Below, piece by piece: positions 54,350 through 64,000 of a stretch of DNA of 64,000 bases (its first letter is position 1; every line of letters starts with the position of its first letter). The stretch is from the NCBI RefSeq assembly GCF_022539665.2, contig NC_081333.1, forward strand, positions 5,394,001 through 5,458,000, in the 5' to 3' direction. The DNA is from Daphnia carinata. Its lineage: Eukaryota. The notes under the pieces were generated by a model. It had not been told where the DNA came from. It ran no database searches and was given only the letters and a program-made list of their open reading frames with translations. Position numbers and translations under genes: made by a program.

Positions 54350-54665
54350 ATTATATACTCCGTCTAACTACTTCGAGCCCAGCTACAGCACAACAATAAA
54401 TGCTACTCCAGCGTACTACGCCGAGGATCCCAAGTACTATTTGGCCTCCGTTATTCGGAAGCACCCACGCACTACACGACTAAGGCTCAGGAATAATACA
54501 CAACACAAGCTCCTCAGTATTGCAGCACACAGATGTCCGACTACCACATTATCACTTACGCAGCTTTTGTTTCCAACATTGAGGTCCCCAAGTAATATAG
54601 GGCCTCAAACTATTACCAAGCAAAAGCTGCGCTTTACTACACCACGTCTTTATTGGCATACACGA
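54350..54665 (+). pseudogene. Remnant of a Tyr/Thr-rich repeat protein (YYxEAPKYY type, common in Daphnia)
   Basis: PSYSTTINATPAYYAEDPKYY; SEAPTHYTTKAQE*YTTQAPQY; contains frameshifts and stops. Confidence 0.55.
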
Positions 54666-56359
54666 TAACGGAATTGTCCGAATCTATCTAAGCTAGCCTA
54701 TTTTCTACCGCATGATCAATAAATGTCAAGTTCACACGAATGCAAGATTTGCAGATCGAAATAAAGTGTGAGCCACAAGTTTTTGGTTTGTTTGCGTAAA
54801 ACATTTATTTACTCAAGTGCAATACAAAACTAACAAAAGAACAACAATTCTTCGAAAGAGCATCGCATGTGGCTTCACGGTCGTTTGCCTCGTCACCTTC
54901 CCACCCCGTCGAGTTCACTTCGCTAATTCGGGCTTATGTCTGAGTTCTAGGGACAAGAGAAGACATGCAAATCGCCTAGACCGCGCTCACGTGTGAGATC
55001 GACTACATGAGCTGGCCACCCTTCTGGACCAGATTATACTTGTATAAATATAAGGCTTGATTTCTGATGGTTGCCCAGAACACTCAGAGGACGTCAAAGG
55101 ATATTATCACGTGACCACTTGATATCGCATGTCTCGTGGCCTGCTAATTTTTCCTGGTCACACCAGTTTGTCAAGAGCGACTTGAAAAGAACTAATCGTG
55201 GGGCAGTCGAAGGGCGAACGCTTCCGGCGCCACACACCCACTCTGTTCAATTCAGACCTCAACCGGTCACTCATGATTGGGTAAAGTGACGGAAAAAAAG
55301 AGAGCAGTACATTTAAGGCTTCAATCGTTGCGTCCCATTTATCCTTCCCCGTTTGAACGGCGAAGCTGAAAATGGTGAATGGAAAGCAAACGGTATGAAC
55401 TGTAAATGGGTATTAGGTGTTCACATGAGTTATAAACGGTGGATTAATACGGATATGACGACCAATCCCGCTCTTTTTTCACGTTCCGTGTAACCTTCAC
55501 GAATATTTTTTATTAGGTTTTGTATAAATCATGCGCATCACAGTAAGCAACGTGTTATTTATTACGTATACTCTTAGTTTTTTATCGATAGTTTTACATA
55601 GTTTTGTTGTTTTGTATGTTTTTGTTTGATGAACAAATAGACAAAGATTTTGTTATTTCGGAATTCGTCCGGAATCAGACTAGACTTGAAGTTGTGTTTG
55701 GAAAGCCATGAAATATCATAGCATGTAAAATTTGTTGGGGCATTAGAACGGCAAACGATATAGAAAGAAATAATTTACATAACAGGCTTTCTAATACGAA
55801 CAAAATGTTTACCGACACATAAAATCTTTTGTCCAGCGCAGTCGCCTCGACAGTCTTGTTTCCTTACCAAAAACAAGAAGATGACGAGCAATCTGGTAGG
55901 CTATATGTGTGGTTCTTTATGTTTATTCAAATTTAACGCAACCTCACGATTTGAAACTTGTAAAAAGCAATCTTGTATTAGCAGTGTATCACCAGTGCAT
56001 TCTGCCTATTCCCTAGTGGCAAAAGGGGCAAATGCACTTGCATGGTAGTATGCAAACATGCATACCTTACGATACGAGATTTTCTGCCCAATATACCGTT
56101 ATGTTTCGAATTTCCCTTAACTTTTTGTCTTATTATGAATAGAATCATTTTTGTTACACCTTTTCCTTTAAATTTATTTATGACATTTTCAGAATATGTT
56201 TGAAAACAATTTTTTGGTTGTGTCTGTCGCTCGTTAGACGTTATCCCACCTACCCCACCCACGAAGAACCTCGCTTTTTTTTCTTTGAAGAACTCGACAA
56301 AACTTTACAGTATATAAGAGGACAAAAGAGCCGCCGCAATGTGCTAGCCTTCTTGAAAA

Positions 56360-59300
56360 AAGCTTATTGCCCGATTGACGCCTGATTGTCGACCAACAAT
56401 TAAATCATATTACACTGTGAACGGATCGCAGCAGAGGACGTGCGGCAGTGAAGGCACCTGGATCGGCGATTCTGGACCTCGTTGCCTTGCACGGATTTGT
56501 TCCATGACGGATATTATCAAACACGGATACTTTGGCTTTGTAGTCGGTGAATCAGCTCGGAGCCTCAACACCGGATATGTCATACTCTACGACTGCGACG
56601 AGGGATACAAATTAATCGGTGTACGCGAAAGTTCCTGCTTAGCCACCGATGACGGATGAAGAGCCGTCATGTCATCAGATTTTCTGCAATCGCTTATCCG
56701 GCGTGCTGGGACATGGTACGGTGACGGGAGCCGAAGAACACGTCTACGTTCAGTTAGCTTGCAATCCAGGATACGAATTAGACGGACCGGAACGATTAGC
56801 CTGCACAAACGACGATAACTGGAACGGCATCCCGTCAACTGCCGTCCGGTGGAATACCCCAATTTGGGCTCTTTACCAACGGAATTGTCTCTTTACAGCA
56901 GGCAATGCTGAACTCGATGCGGATGTTTATCATTTTGGGGAGGTTTTGGCGTACACCTGTCGAAAAGGCTACAAAGTTACAAAACCGACCACAGATGGCT
57001 CTGTTGTCGACAGTTTGTCGACAGTTTGTCTGGCGCAACATGGTCTCCGCGAGTTGACTCGACCGTTCGGGTTGTAAGCGGCACACGATTCTCGCACTGC
57101 GATTGGCTCTCCAACTGTGACGCCAGTGGCAACCACTACTGAAAGAAAGCAAGCTGTTGATGTGTCGTCTGCTTGTGCCGTCTGCATGTGTCGTCTGCAT
57201 CGATTTCTATTTTCAAATTAGGCCCAAATCATAAAATTACTAATAAAAAATCATAAAACATTCCTGAAATCAACACTGACATCTTTTACGATAACCCCTT
57301 GGACTCGACGGTAAGCGATTCTTTTGTTTCCAGTGAACCATGAATGTAAGTAGTTTAATAAATGACTGTAAAAATTCGAATTTGAAAATAAACCAAATGA
57401 AAAGGCTTTCCTATTTTTTTGTATTATTATAACGATAAGCCTATACCATAAGACAAATATGGAATCGTAAAACTGTTTTTGAACTTATTTTACGTTGATA
57501 ATAATGGAAATTTTAAAAATTCCGCCTAAAAATAATGGCATCCGTTTTCTCTACTGTGATTGGTTGTTCGTAATTTAGTATTTCTTTAACTAATTTGATT
57601 AATATTTGTTGTTTAATGCCCACCAAAACATTCCTCATGATACAAGGAATCTAGATATTACCTTGATAACATATAATAAGCCAAAAAAATGCCTAAACGA
57701 AGGGCCCAAAGTTTCGGTTTTTCATAGTTTCCCCTCCTCCCATACACCGTCCAAAAATAAAATATTTATTAATGGACAAACTATCGGTCCGAAATGAATT
57801 ATTTTAATTTCAAGGAATAGCTCTTAGTATGAGCTTTCTATTTCTGTAACATTAAAAGTAGGATTTCCGTAACCAAATAAGTTCTGGAACGAAAGATTTT
57901 TTGTCGTTTTATCGTTTGGGTCCATTACATCTTTGGGTTGCAAAACTTTGCAAAATTATATTTTTTATATTTTTTTGCCATGGAAATACTGCTTTAAGTT
58001 TTACGAAAATCGAAAGCCCTTACAATGGGCTATTCATTGCAATTAGAATTATTCTTTTTAGACCAACAGTTTGTCCATTAATGGATTAAATAAGAGCCGC
58101 CAACAGAATCCCTTCGCCATGAAACTGGCCTGCCAGCATGGATACGCATGGGCAGTGGGTTGAGTGAATGCAAGTCGACAAGAGAACGGAAGCATCTCCC
58201 TCCGACCTGCGTCACATGACCGTGTAAATCTTCTCCAGTTCCCTTGAACGGCCAAATCCAAGCAACAGAAATTTGGCTGGATATGATCGCGGCCCTCGTA
58301 CGCTGCGATCCAGGCTTCCAGGGGGCATTTTGGCGTCAACCTTTTGTTGAACCTTTTTAACGCCAAAATGCGCCCTTAGCCGGCACTGAGTTGATGTGTG
58401 GGTTATCTGGCATCTGGAAAAGAAAGCCACAGTGTCAGCCGCAGTTATGCGTCCTTCCGAAACAACTCCAAATGGAATTAGAATTGTCTGTAGGATTGAT
58501 TTTCACCGAGCGACTGAAGACACGTACTGATACAATAAAAAATTCCAGTTTGGCTGCCAGATGGGATATACGCTCGATGAATCGCAAACGTCCACGTTTT
58601 CCTGTGGTGAAAACGGAAAATAAGGACGAATACAAAAATTCCAACTTGCAGCCCAATCGATTGTTCCGATGTTCAAATTCCGCAACATGAATCTGTAAGC
58701 AAAACGATTTCGCTGCTTGATAGCCGCATCGCTTTCAGCTGCCAAGAAGGATATCAACTGAAAGGAGAAGCTCAAATAATTTGTCTTTCTGAGGACACTT
58801 CGTCCAGTCCAATGCACATTATCGTTGTCCGATCATGCGCAGAGCCCTCACGAAATGAATAACGAAATCAATCAACGGCTGACTGCAGGGTAAACTTGAT
58901 GCAAAGAGAACACATCGATGACAAGTTGTATAACGTTTTTCATTTTGCAGCTACTGTTCGACGGCCCAATATACATGTGACCGTAGATATCAGCTGTTTG
59001 TTCCAGAGCGACGAATGTGCACAGAGCACGGGAAATGGAGCGAGAGTGGTCCGCAATGTGAAAGTAAATGGACATAATCATTACTTCTTACATTCAAAAG
59101 CGTAGTGATACAAAATTTTTATTTCAGGTGTCTGGTTTCCCGAACCTCAAGCACCGACACAAAGATTTGTGATGGGAGCTGGACGACAGTTTGGAGACCG
59201 GGTTCGTTATGCTTCCAGTGCAGGTTATCGATTAATCGGGGCAGATGAATCTACTTGTCTAGCTGGCGGAATCTAGTCTTATTACGGCAATGTGAAGGTA

Positions 59301-60280
59301 ACGTCAGCGTAGTCAAGCTGAGCAAAAACAAAAACCTTTCACACATCTGTGCTAGTTTGTTAAATATGTGATTTCCATCAGCCAGCTCTGATTTGCGACA
59401 CCTCCTCCTGCCGTTCACCACACGATGAATCTTACGCCCGAAAAAACGGGTCACGGGAACTCAGTTGGTACTCCGTTGCCAAGAAGGGTTCACGCCAGTC
59501 GGTGATTTGACCATTCACTGTTTACTCAAACAGCAGTGATCCACAGTTAAAGGCCATTGTAAAAGTAAAAGCGAACAGTAATGTTAAATTTTCTGACGCA
59601 AATATGGAATTGCATATTACATTTCCACAAGTGCACCGTAGTCACTAGTTGTTAAAGACACTACCGCAATGGCTATCATCAGTGTATCAGGAACCGTGAC
59701 AACAGGTGGGCAGTTTCATTTTGGTGATCGGATCCTCATCACTTGTCAGCACGATACACACCATTTTTGTTTTTCATTCTATGAGATAGGTTTAACCTTT
59801 TGTTTAACTGACGATAACAGTCCGGGCTGTAAAAAGGAATAGCGCCATATTAGTTTGTCAGGAAAATGGCCTATGAGCAGGCCTGCCACCCATTTGTGAC
59901 ACTCACTGTGATACAATTTGCCTTAACAACGGTTCGTGTGCACCAAACAGTCAAAAATGTCTTTGTCGTTCCTGATATAGCGGAGGTCGTTGTCAACACG
60001 GTAAAGTGATTATGTGAAACGGCCCGGGCTGGACGCACCTGATAACGATGCCAAACGCGCATGTCAACGAACTCAAAACTTTTTGCTTCTAATGTTACTT
60101 TTAAACCTATGCCTTTCTCGAAGATTCCTTGTTGTCGTGAAAATGAAAAAATAATCTTCTCGAATTGCATTTGTTTTTTTAGCTGCCTGTCACGAGCCGT
60201 GCGGGAATGATGGCCGCTGCGTCTCACCTAACATTAGCCCGTGTCCCCATGAAACAGTAGGTTCTACATGCCGTGAACGT
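56360..60280 (+). pseudogene. SVEP1-like multi-sushi (CCP) + C-terminal EGF gene, heavily decayed 3' part
   Basis: Repeated sushi motifs (YDCDEGYKLIG..C, LACNPGYELDG..C...W, YTCRKGY, YACDPGF) followed by EGF units CLNNGSC..CLC..YSGGRC and CHEPCGNDGRCVSPN. Many frameshifts and stops. Confidence 0.78.
57768..58083. mobile_element. Small foldback/MITE-like insertion
   Basis: ~70-bp imperfect inverted repeat (ATTAATGGACAAACT... / ...AGTTTGTCCATTAAT); TSD not resolved. Confidence 0.45.
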
Positions 60281-63200
60281 AGGTATAATTCATAACAACT
60301 GGTACTATATTTTAATCGATTCTTGCACATATTTTCTCAATTTATTATCATTTTAGTGATATGTTATTTTCTTCACTAGGGTAAAGCACCATCGCTCTCT
60401 AATTGGTCTTCACAATCATCAAGCTTCCTTGTTTCGTGGCAAACATAAGTCGTAGATTGAATCTAGAAAAGCTATTTGTTGCGTTTAACTATAACATGTG
60501 CCATCTGAATTGAAACCATTTCTGATAAAGATATGACATTATCAAGTGCAGCAAAATAGGCTACATTTTTTGTGCAGTTTTTTTCGTACTATTTGGTGAG
60601 CGAAAGCTTGGATTTATCACTTAATGTAGCAATGGTATGTACCTTATTTTTGTGATAGAGAATTATGATTTTCTTATTATAATATGAGTTAGATTATCCG
60701 CGCATTGGAAAATTCAACGATGGACAGGTGACTAAGTGGTATTGACATGGGACTCTTTGCGGCTTAATGCATGACGGTCTAATTGTTTTCTATGGGGTCT
60801 AACGCTTAAAGATTTGTAATTTCTAACACCTAACCCAATACCTGGACGAAGTTTAATAGGTCGCTGCAGACAGTGTAATTGGTGCTGTTATAATGGACAA
60901 GAAGATGGCAGTTAGTATCAGGTATCATAAAGTTTAAAAAGACATTACTAGTCAACTTAAAAATCTTGCACGTATTCTGAATCAGCGCAAAAAATTAAAT
61001 AAAGTTCATTAAAGAATTTCTTCTGAAATCCATTTGAAAAAACTAAAAACGCATCACTGTTCGGAACTGCCGCAACTTCCTTACAAACGCGGATTTCATG
61101 GAGAAAGACCAGTATAAAATATTTATGCGGTCCTCCGTCTATTGGAGTCGTGGTTACCATTTCGGGACTCAGTTGTGAGTTTACAACGCATTACGTGGCC
61201 GGCACGGTTCCTGTGAGTTAAGCTTCCCTCTGCTACTTGGTGCGCCCACTACCCACGCGCATTTCGGAACCTTACAAGTTTCTGTAAGTCGGAAGATGTC
61301 CAGCAAAAACGCAGGTGTGCCTTACTATGGCTTGTATCGGAAACCAACTCATATGTAAGTTAGTTAGGTTAGTTATTAGTATTTTTTTGGTTGGCTGGTT
61401 GTTATCATGCTCATCCAACTTTTATTGTTTCGTTTTAATTATTTTCTTTTACTTTTTCTTTTCCTTCGTTGCACTTTTTTGCCGTTTCTCATCAAGATAT
61501 GGTATTATGAAATACATATACTACAGTACTTTTATAGTTCAGGTTTCGCATTTCATGGACGAAAGGTTAAACTTGTCAGTTAAAATAACCATTATATTTC
61601 AACTTGGTCTCGTCAGAGAGGATTAGTATATTCTTATTAGTGTATGGAAAACTGTCGGGCGTTGGGAAATTCAAGGCAGAGTTGGCCCGTTGAAGATCAG
61701 TCAGTTTTTGAACGCATTGTATTGGAGGGTCGCGAAGTATTTGGCAGTTTTGAGTGAAACGTACACTGGGCGTTTGAGAGTAGGCTACTCAAAATTATAA
61801 ACTTGTCAGTTGAGCAAAAATCAATACATCATACTGCCCTTGAAGTTTTATAGGATGGTCGATGTGACTGTGGTGACAATAATCAAAGGTGGGGTGGTCG
61901 TCACTGCCAAAGAAGCTGTGGCTGATGGTTCGACAACTGTGCTGGTTGTTGTGGCGGTTGTCGGTTCAATCACCTACGGAGTTGATTCAACTTTCGTCGA
62001 AATTGTTTCGAGAACTGGTCGTTGTAATGTCGGTGTTGCTAGGATGGACATTGGCTGAGGCAGTTGTTGCAGTCGCGTTCTTACTTGGACTAACGCTAAC
62101 AAACACGGTAGTAATTGCGAGGTAACAACAGTTTTTGTTGCTGTTCTGGAAAACTTGTGCAAAAGTCACATGAACGTGTTCGTAGGGAGTGTAACGGCGT
62201 TGCAACCGAACGACATGCTGGGCTTCAGAAACTTCTCCTTCAAGTTTTCTCCGGTTCATTGTGCAAGCCTGTCAGCGTTTTTAGGTGTTGGCATCGTGGC
62301 TTTCTCGTCAGCTTCCTGGTCACTTTTGAACAGGTAACGCATGGCCAGCACATTGGATGTCGGGACGAAATAAGCAGCCGGATTGGGCAGCGTATCTTAA
62401 GCCGAATATGCGTTGCGATAAGGCTTGTGTAATAGCGTAACCTCTGGATCCATTATAAATTACTCTTACTAAAATGAAAACAAAACACTGCCTTAGAAAT
62501 TCTAATTTATTGATCAGACAACCACTTTCCACTGGTTGGTAACTAATACAGAATTGAAATGAGTGGAAAAAAGTAGTGGAAAGTAGAATTTCGTAGGAGG
62601 TGCAGTATCCTGCACAAAAACAAGAACACCGATTTATTTTCAAAACGCCCTCTTTGGATAAAATATATTAATTATTTACCTTTTTTAAAATAGGGTTAGG
62701 GCGTGTTTGGCGCAAAAACACTATAAGTTGGGAAGGGTAGTTTTAAGTCCAGACACCTTCAAGTCAAAAGACCTTTTGTTAATGCCCGAGGCGTTTCGAA
62801 AACCGTCTGGAAAAAGTAGGGTATAAATTTTTTGTTAGACCCTTCAATCTCCCCCCAGGCTAAGACGACAAATGTGTAATCAACATATTGTCAACCTCCA
62901 TCACGCGCTTCGTTCATCATTGACTTACCATAGGGCGTCTTAAAATATGTTATAAAAAAATAAAACCGTATACTACCATTAACAATTATTCATAGTAGTG
63001 GACGAATCGATTTTGTTCCTTGTTGCCTTTATCGAAAAATTTGGAACTTTTATCAGGATCTCACCGTTACAATCCATGTCTGAACCAGACACTTTACCAC
63101 AGGGATACTGCTTGACGCCACTTTTTGTTAAGGCATTAGTCCTATTTCTCCTTCGAGCTAGTCCTATTCCTTTTATATTGTTCGAATAGGAACAATGAAC

Positions 63201-63689
63201 CCTCAATTGCGTAAGAGCGTCGGGTTATATCCCATTTCCATTCGAAAGACCAGTGGTGTTACCTCATTAGTTAAAAGGTTCACAAAACATTTATTTCTCA
63301 TCCAATTTTAATTTCAATTGCTGAGGAACATGAATTGTGTTGTATCTAATAGAGTTCGTTTAATAAAATATTATTAGAATAAAATCAGAATATGTAAGAG
63401 CTGTATATTATGTTACGATAGTTGTATGAAATAGTAAAACATTAGTGCAATTGGAAAAGTTGGTTATGACCACATAAATTGCAATATAAGTAATAGATAT
63501 TTCTGTAGTATGTGTAATAGTATTCTGTTAAATGAACTATATTAAATACAACATAGTTCATGTTCTCCTGCAATTTTAATTATAATAGGATAAGAAAAAA
63601 AAGTTTTAAGAACCATTTTACTAATCAGCTGACACCATCGCTTTTTAAAAAAGGAAAATGTATGTAAGCCGACGTTCCTTACGTTTTCG

Positions 63690-63847
63690 TGCAAGAAATA
63701 GGACCATGTCAGAGCTCGGAGGAGAAATAGGACTGATGCTATGGAGAAATAGGACTGTACTAAATGTATTAAAAGTCAGTCCTATTTCTCCTGTAGAAAT
63801 AGGGCTGGAAATTTTCAGTCCTATTTCGTTTCAGTCTCATTTAACCG
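63690..63847. repeat. Cluster of GAAATAGGACTG motifs in both orientations; probable DNA-transposon terminus
   Basis: About 6 copies here, plus related motifs at ~63138-63192. Confidence 0.45.
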
Positions 63848-64000
63848 CAAAATGCATCACCAATGTTATAAAGGATTTAATAGCACTTACTAAACAAAAT
63901 AAAGCACCGAAAATAATTTTAAAAATTAATTAATATTTGGTCCAATAACCACCATTTTCAATTGCAGTTTTGCAATCGTTAGTCATGGAAAGCGCAAGTT

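Overview
This is eukaryotic, AT-rich DNA with ~60-75 nt introns. It is probably from a Daphnia-like crustacean; that is an inference from intron size and a Tyr-rich repeat-protein remnant. All assignments were made by eye, from recalled family motifs; no database searches were run. One apparently intact spliced host gene is present: an NKRF-like XTBD/G-patch/R3H gene at 11068-12985. It faces a NOSIP pseudogene tail-to-tail. From ~14.8 to 44.3 kb lies a reconstructable transposon nest. An I-group LINE is split by a P-element derivative, a MULE and a Helitron. The MULE carries a CMC/EnSpm element holding transportin-1 and CNNM gene fragments. The Helitron carries a solo LTR and a 4.4-kb foldback element holding a captured SURF6 gene partly present in both arms. 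Next come tandem Harbinger-like MITEs and a young full-length Gypsy element whose gag has an N-terminal 9-Cys CXC domain. The Gypsy sits in a same-strand chain of bystin/SLC17/FARSB gene fragments. A decayed SVEP1-like sushi/EGF gene follows. The most striking themes are host-gene capture by several DNA transposon superfamilies and the CXC-gag fusion.
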